A stretch of 64,000 bases of DNA. Source: Rhodospirillaceae bacterium. GTDB lineage: Bacteria; Pseudomonadota; Alphaproteobacteria; Rhodospirillales; CALINB01. The first letter of the stretch is position 1; the number at the start of each line of letters is the position of its first letter. The stretch spans positions 71,212 to 135,211 of the forward strand of contig JAYNQW010000007.1 of assembly GCA_038114465.1 (NCBI GenBank), read 5' to 3'. The notes beneath the pieces are model-generated. The model did no database searches. It was given only the letters and a program-made list of their open reading frames with translations, and was not told the origin of the DNA. The position numbers and the translations under genes were made by a program. This document shows, one piece after another, positions 51,348-63,584 of the stretch.

Positions 51348-52459
51348 TTCAGCCGGTATTTCTCGACCAAGCCCCAATCGAGCTGGATGTCGAAGCCGGG
51401 GCCTTGCGGCACGTCGATCCAGCCCTTCTCGACCTTGGGTTTGTTTTTGATGAAATGATCCCAGATCGGATCGCGGTCCGGGTCCGGGAAGCAATCGATA
51501 TACAATCCATGCGGCACCGCCGATAGCGCGTGCACGGCGAGATGTGTTTCTTCGTGATGCAGCATCTTCACGCCGACGGAGGCACACATGGTCGCCGCGC
51601 GCAGCCATTCAGTCGGCCCGCCACCGTGCGACATGTCGAAGTTCACGATGTCGACCGCGCCCGCGTCGAGGAGACGCCTCACGCCCCAACTCGTGATCTC
51701 GCTTTGCCCGGCATTGATCGGGATATTAATGCGTTTACGCAATTCCGCCATCGAGCGCACGTCGTCCTGCCAATGGCACGGTTCTTCGAACCAGGTAATG
51801 TTCAAGGGTTCGACAAGTTCCGCAAAGCGCGCCGCTTCGTCCACGCTCCAGCCTTGGTTGGCATCGCATCCCAAGATGAACTCCGGCCCGCCGCCTTCGC
51901 GGGCGGCGGCAACCCGCTCATAATCTTCTTCCGGACTTAGCCCGCCGACCTTGAACTTGCAGCCCGCCATGCCGACGCTGACCTGCCATTCCATTTCAGC
52001 CGACCAATCCTTGAGCGTGCGACCTTCCTGGTAATACCCGCCGGTTGCGGTGATCGGAATACGTTGGCGGAACCCGCCCATGAGTTTGTTAACGCTCACC
52101 CCGAGCGCCTTGCCCTTGATGTCCCAAATGGCAGTGTCGACACACGCGACCGCTTCCATCAGATACTTCCGGTCTCCTTGCGGCTTGGTGACCTCAAACG
52201 CCTTGGCCCAGACAGCCTCGTGGTCCATCGCATCCAAGCCGACAATGAGCGGCGCGATTTGCTCCTCGACGATCTTCACCACGTCCGGCCCGCATTTACG
52301 GTTATCGCCGTTGAAGACCTCGCTGACCAGGCCGCCATCGGTGTGAATGCGCGTCACGATGGTGTTGCGTGTCGGCACCGTGTATGTCGCGCCGGCAAAC
52401 GGTTTCGGTAACGGTACTTCGATGGCGATGGCTTCGACTTTTTCAATCTTCGTGGACAT
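51344..52459 (-). CDS. enolase-superfamily enzyme (mandelate racemase/muconate lactonizing family)
   Basis: Start MSTKIEK after GGAGAGAGGA. Metal-ligand regions CDANQGW, FEEP, and a Lys-x-Lys-like FKVG. Confidence 0.88.
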   Translation of the reverse strand: MSTKIEKVEAIAIEVPLPKPFAGATYTVPTRNTIVTRIHTDGGLVSEVFNGDNRKCGPDVVKIVEEQIAPLIVGLDAMDHEAVWAKAFEVTKPQGDRKYLMEAVACVDTAIWDIKGKALGVSVNKLMGGFRQRIPITATGGYYQEGRTLKDWSAEMEWQVSVGMAGCKFKVGGLSPEEDYERVAAAREGGGPEFILGCDANQGWSVDEAARFAELVEPLNITWFEEPCHWQDDVRSMAELRKRINIPINAGQSEITSWGVRRLLDAGAVDIVNFDMSHGGGPTEWLRAATMCASVGVKMLHHEETHLAVHALSAVPHGLYIDCFPDPDRDPIWDHFIKNKPKVEKGWIDVPQGPGFDIQLDWGLVEKYRLN

Positions 52460-52521
52460 AGTATCCTCTCTCCGGCACATCCAGGCCCTTTATGGCCGCA
52501 CTGTAACACCGGGGGAAAATC

Positions 52522-54078
52522 ATGGCAAAGCAGCGGGCAACGAGAAACAAAACTGACGACACCAACATCCGCGAGCGGGTCAAGAAACCGCCTTCGGCGG
52601 TTTTCGTCGACAGCTACTTCGCACCCCGGGTCGCACGCGAAATCGCTTACAATTTCGATAGTGAAATGCAGCTCAATCTCGCGCACGGTTTGATGCTGGC
52701 GCGCCAAGGCATTATCGCCAAAAAGGACATGCGCAAAATTCTTAAGGTTGTGCTCAAAGTCATGCGCGAAGGACCCGAGGCCCTCGGCGTCGATCACAAG
52801 GTCGAGGATTTGTACTCCTATACCGAACGCCACATTATTCAAGCCCTTGGCCCCGAGGTTGGCGGGCGCCTGCACACGGGGCGCTCACGCAACGATCTGC
52901 ACACAACGACCTGGCGCATGGCCTTGCGGGAAAATTTGTTGGCCGTACTCGATGTGTTGGCCGAGCTGCGCGCAACCACGCTGAAGCTTGCGGCCCAGTA
53001 TATTGAAACCGTGATGCCCGGCTATACCCATTCGCAACACGCGCAACCGATCACGCTTGGTTACTACCTGCTGACTTTCGCCGATGTCTTAGCACGCGAT
53101 TTTTCGCGTATTGAAGCCGGCCTTGCACGCACCGATCAATCCCCCTTGGGCTCGGGCGCGCTCACCACAACCGCGTTCCCGCTGGATCGCAACTACACGG
53201 CAAAAGCACTCGGTTTCGATGGCGTGCTCGAAATTGCCTACGACGGTGTTTCCAACCGGGATGATGCGCTCGAAGCCAGTGCGGCATTATCGATTCTTAT
53301 GACCAATATTTCCCGGCTTGCTTTTGACCTGCAAAGCTGGAACACACTTGAGTATCAATTCATCGAGTTGGGCGACGAGCATTCATCCGTCAGCTCGATC
53401 ATGCCGCAAAAGAAAAACCCATCGTCCATGGAACACGCGAAAGGCGTTGCCGCCGTCGTCGCGGGGGATTTCATGGCAGCCCTCAGTTGCGTTAAAAACA
53501 CATCCATGAGCGATGTTGGCGACGGCGTGACGGCGCTGAACGAACCGGTATTGGATGCGTGCACGCGCACGCGCAAAATTCTCGCGGTGATGACCGAAGT
53601 TTTGGAAGCGCTGACGGTCCACGAAGACGCCATGCTACGGTCCGCCGAGGTCGGGTTCGGCAGTGCGACCGAGTTATCCGACGTCATCGTGCGCGAAACC
53701 GGCCTGTCGTTTCGCATGGCACACAATATCGTCGGCAATGTGGTGCGCAAAACGGTGGCTGCGGGAAAAACCGCCCTCGACATCGCGGCAAAAGACCTGG
53801 ATGCCGCAAGCCGGGAACTGTTCGACAAACCCCTGAAAATTTCCGCCAAAGCCGTCGCCGATGCTCTGGACCCGGCGAAAAACATTCAGGTACGCACGCT
53901 GACCGGCGGGCCTGCGCCCAAAACCATGAAGGCAATGATCGTGGCACGCAAAAAAGTCCTGAGCGCAGACAAGAAATCTGTGAACGCCGTGAAGTCCCGC
54001 GTCGCCAAAGCGCGCGAAAAACTATTGAAAGACGCTAAAGCGTTCGTTTCGGGAAAGGCTGCTGGAAAAGCGGCCTAA
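52522..54078 (+). CDS. argininosuccinate lyase-like member of the fumarase/aspartase superfamily (paralogue with terminal extensions)
   Basis: Superfamily signature [14 protein letters not shown], plus TGRSRND and HTHSQHAQP-like segments. It lacks the usual ArgH N-terminal WGGRF and carries a K/A-rich ~40-aa C-terminal tail. Confidence 0.82.
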   Translation: MAKQRATRNKTDDTNIRERVKKPPSAVFVDSYFAPRVAREIAYNFDSEMQLNLAHGLMLARQGIIAKKDMRKILKVVLKVMREGPEALGVDHKVEDLYSYTERHIIQALGPEVGGRLHTGRSRNDLHTTTWRMALRENLLAVLDVLAELRATTLKLAAQYIETVMPGYTHSQHAQPITLGYYLLTFADVLARDFSRIEAGLARTDQSPLGSGALTTTAFPLDRNYTAKALGFDGVLEIAYDGVSNRDDALEASAALSILMTNISRLAFDLQSWNTLEYQFIELGDEHSSVSSIMPQKKNPSSMEHAKGVAAVVAGDFMAALSCVKNTSMSDVGDGVTALNEPVLDACTRTRKILAVMTEVLEALTVHEDAMLRSAEVGFGSATELSDVIVRETGLSFRMAHNIVGNVVRKTVAAGKTALDIAAKDLDAASRELFDKPLKISAKAVADALDPAKNIQVRTLTGGPAPKTMKAMIVARKKVLSADKKSVNAVKSRVAKAREKLLKDAKAFVSGKAAGKAA

Positions 54079-55784
54079 AACAGTCCGACGATTTCGCCGT
54101 TTTTGTCGACGCCGATGGCTTCGGCCGCCGGCACCCTAGGCAATCCCGGCATGGTCATGATGTCGCCGCAAACGACGACGACGAATTCAGCGCCGCCCGA
54201 GAGACGCACTTCGCGCACCGGGATTTCATGGCCGGTCGGCGCGCCCTTCAAAGCCGGGTTGGTCGAAAAACTGTACTGGGTTTTAGCGATACAAACCGGA
54301 TAATTGCCGTAACCGAGGTCTTCAAGTTCCTTAAAACGCGTCATGACGGCAGACGGTACGCTGATATCGTCAGCGCGGTAAATCTTCTGCGCAATGGTCC
54401 GGACCTTCTCAACGAGCGGCATGTCGTCCGGATAAAGAAAGTTAAAGTCGGCTTTTTCGTTTTCGATGGTATCGACCACGGTTTGCGCGAGATCGAGGGT
54501 CCCCTCGCCGCCCGCCGCCCAGTGATCGGCTTCGAGCGCCTTCACACCGAGATCGGCGCAGATTTTTTTGACCGCTTCGACTTCGGCGTCCGTGTCGGCA
54601 CTGAACTTATTAATCGCAACCACGACCGGCACGCCGTAGCTTTTCAAGTTTTCGATGTGACGCGTAATGTTATCCTTGCCGCCGGTTTCGATGGCCTTCA
54701 CGTTTTCTTTCTTCAGGTCGTCTTTCGCGACACCGCCGTGCATCTTGAGCGCGCGGATGGTTGCAACCAGCACAATGCAGTCCGGGCTCAGACCTGACTT
54801 GCGGCACTTGATGTCGAGGAATTTCTCGGCACCCAGATCGGCGCCGAAGCCCGCTTCGGTCACGACATAATCGCAAAGCTTGAGCGCCGTCTTAGTCGCA
54901 AGCACCGTGTTGCAGCCGTGAGCGATATTGGCGAATGGGCCGCCGTGCACGAATGCGGGGTTATTTTCGAGCGTCTGTACCAGGTTCGGCGCGAGCGCAT
55001 CTTTGAGGAGTGCGGTCATGGCACCCGGCGATTTGATCTGACTCGCTTTCACCGGTTGGCGGTCACGGGTGAAGCCGACCACGATGTTACCAAGGCGGCG
55101 TTGCAGGTCATCCAGGTCCGTCGCTAAACAGAAAATCGCCATGACTTCCGACGCGACCGTAATATCGAAGTTGTCCTCGCGCGGAAAACCATTGGCGACA
55201 CCGCCCAAGGAATTCACAATCGAGCGCAACGCGCGGTCGTTCATATCGACGACGCGGCGCCAAGTCACCCGGCGCGCATCCAACTCGGACGCGTTACCCC
55301 AGTACATATGATTATCCGTCATCGCGGCGAGCAGGTTGTTCGCTGCCCCGATCGCGTGCATGTCGCCGGTAAAATGCAGATTGATATCGGTCATCGGCAC
55401 CACTTGCGCGTAACCGCCGCCGGCGGCCCCGCCTTTCATGCCGAAGCACGGCCCTAAGGACGGCTCGCGCAAACAGATCATCGCCTTCTTGCCGATTTTG
55501 TTGAGCCCGTCGCCCAAACCGACCGTCGTCGTGGTTTTACCTTCGCCCGCCGGCGTCGGTGTAATCGCGGTCACGAGGATCAGCTTGCCGTCTTTATTAT
55601 TTTGAACCGAATCGACGTATTCGAGCGACACCTTCGCCTTGTAGTGGCCGTACGGCTCGAGACTTTCGCCGGGAATGCCGAGCTTGTCCTTTGCGACGTC
55701 CATGATGGGACGCATGCTGGCGGCTTTGGCGATGTCGATATCGCTTTTCGGGTTTTTATGTTGTTCGTCGGCAGACGATGCCAT
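54075..55784 (-). CDS. fhs: formate--tetrahydrofolate ligase
   Basis: Start MASSADE after [18 protein letters not shown]..., [16 protein letters not shown]-loop. Confidence 0.95.
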   Translation of the reverse strand: MASSADEQHKNPKSDIDIAKAASMRPIMDVAKDKLGIPGESLEPYGHYKAKVSLEYVDSVQNNKDGKLILVTAITPTPAGEGKTTTTVGLGDGLNKIGKKAMICLREPSLGPCFGMKGGAAGGGYAQVVPMTDINLHFTGDMHAIGAANNLLAAMTDNHMYWGNASELDARRVTWRRVVDMNDRALRSIVNSLGGVANGFPREDNFDITVASEVMAIFCLATDLDDLQRRLGNIVVGFTRDRQPVKASQIKSPGAMTALLKDALAPNLVQTLENNPAFVHGGPFANIAHGCNTVLATKTALKLCDYVVTEAGFGADLGAEKFLDIKCRKSGLSPDCIVLVATIRALKMHGGVAKDDLKKENVKAIETGGKDNITRHIENLKSYGVPVVVAINKFSADTDAEVEAVKKICADLGVKALEADHWAAGGEGTLDLAQTVVDTIENEKADFNFLYPDDMPLVEKVRTIAQKIYRADDISVPSAVMTRFKELEDLGYGNYPVCIAKTQYSFSTNPALKGAPTGHEIPVREVRLSGGAEFVVVVCGDIMTMPGLPRVPAAEAIGVDKNGEIVGLF

Positions 55785-56341
55785 GGAGATCCTCCCCAAT
55801 GCTTTGGTTTTTGTTCATGTGAGCGCTTCTTATAAAGAAAGCCGCGGCTTTTGCCCTTAAAAAAACAGGCATTTGGACCGCGACCCGGCTTTTTAGCGCG
55901 CTTGTCAGGCTCTGGTATACAGTATTTCAGCGGCTTAGGCCACTGAAACTGGCGAAGTTTTTCAGTCCGCTCGTCAAAATCCCGTGATTAAGAATTTGAG
56001 AACTTAGGGAACTCCCTAGGCGAGGTTCCGATATTCCTAGGACGGACAGGGAACCCCCCCAATATCGAGGAGCATTATACGAAGGTAGGTTCTTGCCAAC
56101 ATCACAGCGAAACGGGCCGAGCTATTTAGCCCCCCAAAAAAAGGCAGGCATACGCAAGAAAGCGAAGAAAAAAGGCAAAGGTAAAGGCGGCGACGAAGAA
56201 GAGTATAAAGACTAGGAAACCGTCGGCGATGAAGAAGAGGAATTCGAAGACGACGAAAACCTGTACCGCCTCGGCAAAGACAAAAACAAGGAAGAGTTTT
56301 TCAAAGACTATATGTAATCGGTCTTTTCCGGCTCTTCACAC

Positions 56342-56374
56342 AAACCGCATTTGTTTTTCGAATGCGGTTTTTTC
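56342..56374 (+). terminator. strong rho-independent terminator with no annotated gene upstream
   Basis: AAACCGCATT-TGTTTTTCG-AATGCGGTTT (perfect 10-bp stem) running into TTTT. It lies 52 nt from the 3' end of the convergent tRNA-Gln. Confidence 0.65.
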
Positions 56375-56425
56375 ATGCCTGCGTTTCGGCCTATCGAATT
56401 TAAGCTGAGAACATTAGCTGCGTTA

Positions 56426-56499
56426 TGGCTGGGGGACCTGGATTCGAACCAGGGCTGCGCGGGTCAGAGCCGCGAGTTCTACCGCTAAACTATCCCCCA
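56426..56499 (-). tRNA. tRNA-Gln (anticodon CUG), CCA encoded
   Basis: The reverse complement reads TGGGGGATAGTTTAGCGGTAGAACTCGCGGCTCTGACCCGCGCAGCCCTGGTTCGAATCCAGGTCCCCCAGCCA. It has the U1-A72 pair typical of Gln, anticodon stem CGCGG/CCGCG with loop CTCTGAC, and T-loop GGTTCGAATCC. Confidence 0.9.
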
Positions 56500-56762
56500 T
56501 GACATGCCGGATAAAACCGCATCATGATGGGCTGAGGCTTCTATCATAGCCCCGCCCGGCTGAATAGAGCCTTACTGCAAATGGCGCTCATGAAAATACA
56601 CATATAATTCAATAACTTAGAGATACCCTTCCCGCTTCGCCCATCGCTCATTCTGGGATAATGTATTATAAGCGATCATAAATCGCCGCTTCGAAAATTG
56701 GACGGGCAACAGAAACCGGACCCGACCTTGCGAAGACGTATGAAAACAACGGGGAGAGGCAC

Positions 56763-57824
56763 GTGAAACGCCACCAGCATAAGGCGCGAAGATCACATAC
56801 GGCCCGGCAGCCGAAAAACGGCCGTGCCCCAAATGGACACAATCCAACCTATGCCGCGATTGATCTCGGCACCAACAACTGCCGGTTGCTTATCGCCGAG
56901 CCGAACGGCTCGGCCTTTAAGGTGATCGACTCGTTTTCACGGATCGTGCGTCTCGGCGAAGGCCTGACCGTATCGGGCAAGCTGACCGACGATGCCATCG
57001 AGCGGACGACAGACGCGCTTAAAATCTGCGCGCAAAAAATCCACCGGCATAATGTCAGCTTTACCCGCAGTGTCGCCACGGAAGCGTGCCGACAAGCAAG
57101 CAATAGCGAAAAATTTTTAGAGCACATCGAAAGTCACACCGGCATCAAACTCGAAACGATTGAACCGGAGGAAGAAGCCCATTTAACCTTGGCGGGCTGC
57201 CTGCCCTTGATCGACCGGAACACGAATTTCACGTTGGCGTTCGACATCGGCGGCGGCAGCACAGAGATCATGTGGATCGCGAACGATAACCAGGGCCAGC
57301 CGGTTTTGCACGATACGATTTCCATTCAACTCGGAGTCGTATCCTTGGCCGAAAAATTCGGTCACGACACGATTACGCCGGAAAACTACCAATGGATCAT
57401 CGATACCATCACCAGAAACCTTGATGAATTCGATCAACGTTACGATATGTCCCGTCATATCGCCGAAGAAAACGTGCAAATGCTCGGGACATCAGGCACC
57501 GTCACGACGCTGGCCGGCATTCACCTCGACCTGCCCCGCTATGATCGCTCCATCGTTGACGGTCTGACAATCGATTTCGAAAGCATTCATGCCATTGTCT
57601 CTCGATTGGTCGAAATGGATTACGATACCCGATGCGCTCACCCTTGCATCCGCCAAGAACGGGCCGACTTGATGATTATGGGCTGTGTCATCCTTGATGC
57701 CGTCTGCCGGCGTTGGCCGGTCAGCCGGTTGCGCGTTGCCGACCGGGGAATCCGCGAAGGTATCCTGTTGGCCATGATGAACGCGAACCAACGTCCGCCC
57801 ATGCCGGCTGCCGCCGCCTCATGA
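56763..57824 (+). CDS. ppx: Ppx/GppA-family phosphatase (exopolyphosphatase-like)
   Basis: GTG start after GGGGAGAGG. AAIDLGTNNCRLLIAE, DIGGGSTE, GTSGTV ASKHA-fold motifs. Confidence 0.85.
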   Translation: MKRHQHKARRSHTARQPKNGRAPNGHNPTYAAIDLGTNNCRLLIAEPNGSAFKVIDSFSRIVRLGEGLTVSGKLTDDAIERTTDALKICAQKIHRHNVSFTRSVATEACRQASNSEKFLEHIESHTGIKLETIEPEEEAHLTLAGCLPLIDRNTNFTLAFDIGGGSTEIMWIANDNQGQPVLHDTISIQLGVVSLAEKFGHDTITPENYQWIIDTITRNLDEFDQRYDMSRHIAEENVQMLGTSGTVTTLAGIHLDLPRYDRSIVDGLTIDFESIHAIVSRLVEMDYDTRCAHPCIRQERADLMIMGCVILDAVCRRWPVSRLRVADRGIREGILLAMMNANQRPPMPAAAAS

Positions 57825-58546
57825 ACGACCAGCGCGGCAAAAAAACCAAGGCCAAAAGGAAAAAACAAACCGCGACTCAATTCACCGGCCGGGGCATGGC
57901 GACGCGGGTGAAAACGGCGAAGGGCCGGAAATCCTCCTCGACCCGCTGGCTGCAACGCCAACTGAACGATCCTTACGTTGCCGAGGCGCAAACGCGCGGC
58001 TACCGTTCGCGGGCGGCATTTAAACTATTGGAATTGAACGAACGGTTTAACATCCTCAGCGCCGGACAAAATGTCGTCGATCTTGGAGCCGCGCCCGGCG
58101 GTTGGACGCAAGTCATTCAAGAAAAGCTTGGCAACTCTGCCGGTGCGATTGTCGCCGTCGATCAAAACGAAATCGAACCCCTGGATGGCGTCACGGTTCT
58201 CAAGCTCGACATTTACGAAGAAAACGCGCCGGACCAAATCAAGGCCGCGCTGAACGGACAGGCTGATGTTGTGCTCTCCGACATGGCTCCCGCCGCGACC
58301 GGCCATCGCAGCACCGATCATCTGCGTATCATTGGCCTTTGCGAAGCCGCGTTAGACATTGCCATAAATGTATTATCCCCCGGCGGTACATTGATCGCCA
58401 AAGTTTGGCAAGGCGGCACCGAGCAGGATTTGCTGACGCAGATCAAGAAAAGCTTCAAGCAGGTTAAGCACGCCAAGCCGCCGGCCAGCCGGGCGGACTC
58501 GGCCGAAGTTTACGTGGTGGCGCAGGGCTTTCGCATCACTAAATAA
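57821..58546 (+). CDS. rlmE: 23S rRNA (uridine2552-2'-O)-methyltransferase RlmE/FtsJ
   Basis: The ATG overlaps the ppx stop (ATGA). W..RQLNDPYV, RSRAAFKL.E, VVDLGAAPGGWTQV, DVVLSDMAP. Confidence 0.92.
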   Translation: MNDQRGKKTKAKRKKQTATQFTGRGMATRVKTAKGRKSSSTRWLQRQLNDPYVAEAQTRGYRSRAAFKLLELNERFNILSAGQNVVDLGAAPGGWTQVIQEKLGNSAGAIVAVDQNEIEPLDGVTVLKLDIYEENAPDQIKAALNGQADVVLSDMAPAATGHRSTDHLRIIGLCEAALDIAINVLSPGGTLIAKVWQGGTEQDLLTQIKKSFKQVKHAKPPASRADSAEVYVVAQGFRITK

Positions 58547-58724
58547 TGACACGGCCTATACAACAAAATTTTGAATACGGGCCGCATTGCAATATCTACA
58601 GCTAAGCCCAATCTAAACTAAATCCACAATATTACGCTTGCACCAAACCTGCCTTCCCGGCGGGTTTTTTTGTGTGCTTTTCAATACCTCCATCAATTCA
58701 GCATCGATAAAGGAGTGTGCTCTC

Positions 58725-60506
58725 ATGACACAACCGAAATCCTTCGAACTCGGCCTGGTGATGGCCGGTGCGATCTCGGCGGGCGCTTACACCGCCGGCG
58801 TCGTCGACTTTCTTCTCCAAGCCCTCGAAGAATGGGAAAAGGAAAAAGAAAACCAACGAACGGCCCATGGCGAGAACTATCAGAACTGGAGCATACCGCC
58901 GCATAACGCGCTGATTAGCGTTCTCTCGAGCGCATCCGCCGGCGGCATCGTCGCCGCGATCCTGGCGACCGCCTTGCGCGCCCCGCTGGCGCCGGTCGAA
59001 ACGCCGCAGGACGGTGACACCGGAAATATTCTTTACAATTCCTGGGTCGAGAAAATCGACATCCGTCATCTGCTTAAAACGCACGACCTCAACGGCCCCG
59101 ACAAAGAAGACGATATCTTCAGCGACCTCGATGAATTTGCAGACGAAACCGAAGAAACAACTGATAAGCCGTTAGCCCCCGTGGTTTCCGTACTCGATTC
59201 GACCATCCTCGAAGTGATCCGCGATAAAGCAATTAACATTCCGGCGAGCGCACCGCCCCGGCCCTATCTCAACGACCCCATACAACTGTTTCTGACGGTC
59301 TCGAACTTACGGGGTATTCCGTACCGCATCGATCTTCGCGGGGCGAACCCGGGCGCGGGTCACGATATGTGGCTGCACGGCGATCATGTTCATTTTTACC
59401 TCGGCTCGTATAACAAAATACTTTCAGACCAAGGCGCGCTCCATCTCGACCCGGCCCAAAGCGGCGCGGTGGGCGATTGGAACATTCTGGGTAAAACGAC
59501 ATTGGCGACGGCGGCTTTCCCCGTCGGCCTCGCCCCCCGCCATCTCACCCGAAATACGAAACATTTTAACAACCGGCAATGGGCGGTACCGCTCGACACG
59601 TCGCAACAACCGGCCGGGCAATGCGCGTGTTGGGAATACCGCAGTGTTAAAACGCTGTTGGGCGAAAACACGGACTTTGAGTTTCTCAACGTCGACGGTG
59701 GTGCGGCAAACAACGAACCGCTGGAATTGGCGCGCAAGGCTTTCAAGGGCCACAGCAAACGCAACCCGCGCGGTGATGATGAGGCGACGCGGGCCGTGCT
59801 GATGATCGATCCGTTTCCCGATGTCGCGGACATGGAAACCTACGAGCCGGTGCAAAACGATTTAATCAGTACGCTCAAAGCGCTCATCGGCACGCTTAAA
59901 AATCAATCGCGTTTTAAAGAAGACGAATTACTGCTTGCCCTCGATGAAACGGTTTTCAGCCGGTTCGTCCTTGTGCCGTTGCGCTACGACACGGCCGGGC
60001 AACCGCAAAAGTTTGCCATCGCCAGCGGCAGCCTCGGCGGCTTCGGCGGCTTCGGCGGATTTTTATCGCGGGCCTTTCGCGAACACGACTTTTTCCTGGG
60101 CCGGCGAAATTGCCAACGATTTCTCGAACGCTACTTTGCCTTATCGCCGGACAATCCCCTGTTCGCCGATTGGTCCAATGCGCTGAAAAGCGAATACGCG
60201 ATTTCATCGAACCACAACCGTCTGCCGATCATCCCGCTGTTGGGGCGTACAAAAAATCCCGTGCCGGTCCTTCCCTGGCCCGGCTACACGCAAAAAATGC
60301 TGGCGCTGCTGCGCAACGATACCGAAATTCGGCTCGATGCCGTCGTCGACCGGCTCATCAAAACGACCATCAAAAGCGGCATCGGCCGTTTTATGCTGAA
60401 AACAGTTTGGTGGGCCAAAAGCGGCGAAATGATCAACGGCCTAATGAATATCATTAAAAAAGAGCTCACCAAGCGCGGCAACATGAAGCCCGGGAACGGC
60501 TACTAA
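58725..60506 (+). CDS. patatin-like phospholipase domain protein (large, ~594 aa)
   Basis: Start MTQPK 9 nt after AAGGAG. N-terminal glycine-rich/oxyanion region LVMAGAISAGAYTAGV, nucleophile-elbow-like SSASAGG, catalytic Asp motif NVDGGAANNEP. Confidence 0.78.
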   Translation: MTQPKSFELGLVMAGAISAGAYTAGVVDFLLQALEEWEKEKENQRTAHGENYQNWSIPPHNALISVLSSASAGGIVAAILATALRAPLAPVETPQDGDTGNILYNSWVEKIDIRHLLKTHDLNGPDKEDDIFSDLDEFADETEETTDKPLAPVVSVLDSTILEVIRDKAINIPASAPPRPYLNDPIQLFLTVSNLRGIPYRIDLRGANPGAGHDMWLHGDHVHFYLGSYNKILSDQGALHLDPAQSGAVGDWNILGKTTLATAAFPVGLAPRHLTRNTKHFNNRQWAVPLDTSQQPAGQCACWEYRSVKTLLGENTDFEFLNVDGGAANNEPLELARKAFKGHSKRNPRGDDEATRAVLMIDPFPDVADMETYEPVQNDLISTLKALIGTLKNQSRFKEDELLLALDETVFSRFVLVPLRYDTAGQPQKFAIASGSLGGFGGFGGFLSRAFREHDFFLGRRNCQRFLERYFALSPDNPLFADWSNALKSEYAISSNHNRLPIIPLLGRTKNPVPVLPWPGYTQKMLALLRNDTEIRLDAVVDRLIKTTIKSGIGRFMLKTVWWAKSGEMINGLMNIIKKELTKRGNMKPGNGY

Positions 60507-60658
60507 ATCCCCGAATCGGCCCACAAGCCTGACCCCAGGGTCACTGGCTGAGTATACAGGCGGGCAAAAACCACCCCCTTTTCCTCGCTCCGCGACGGTA
60601 CGGCGAAAGGCCTTGGCTTGCCGCAGAAGATGTGTATCATACGCCGCCATCTTACTAG

Positions 60659-63465
<2,807 letters not shown>

Positions 63466-63584
63466 TTTAAAGCAAAAAGATACGATCCCGGGCTCAAATA
63501 CGATCAATACGGATTGATCGAACGCCCTAGGGTGGTAAAATTTCCCAACGATTAGCCAGAAGATCAAAATCAGGGGAGAGTAAG

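Noticed and set aside
55785-55960. Possible ZTP (pfl) or THF riboswitch in the 5' leader of fhs, since formate-THF ligase is a common target.
   Set aside because: I reverse-complemented the leader by hand. It lacks the conserved pfl blocks as I recall them (GGGTCGTGACTGGCG-type 5' domain and CCGCCTGGGCA-type 3' domain). Only a weak CCGGGTCGCGGTCC resemblance is present. A covariance-model scan would be needed to be certain.
55900-56400. Two-piece (permuted) alphaproteobacterial tmRNA, or another housekeeping RNA (RNase P, SRP, 6S), in the gene-less region.
   Set aside because: There is no tRNA-like T-arm (GGTTCGA-type) outside the tRNA-Gln gene. There is no ANDN...-type tag reading frame and no GAGGAAAGTCCGG RNase P block. 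It is left as an unexplained region in the findings.
56229-56408. 59-aa ATG-initiated ORF (MKKRNSKTTKTCTASAKT...) in the orphan region.
   Set aside because: It reads straight through both arms of the intrinsic terminator and has a composition unlike a real protein. The alternative frame carrying the TAG shows much more protein-like charge patterning.
60036-60062. Short tandem nucleotide repeat GGCGGCTTC x ~2.5, considered as a possible CRISPR or VNTR feature.
   Set aside because: It lies inside the patatin-like CDS and encodes GGFGGFGGF. It is far too short and spacer-less for a CRISPR array, so it is only mentioned within the patatin finding.
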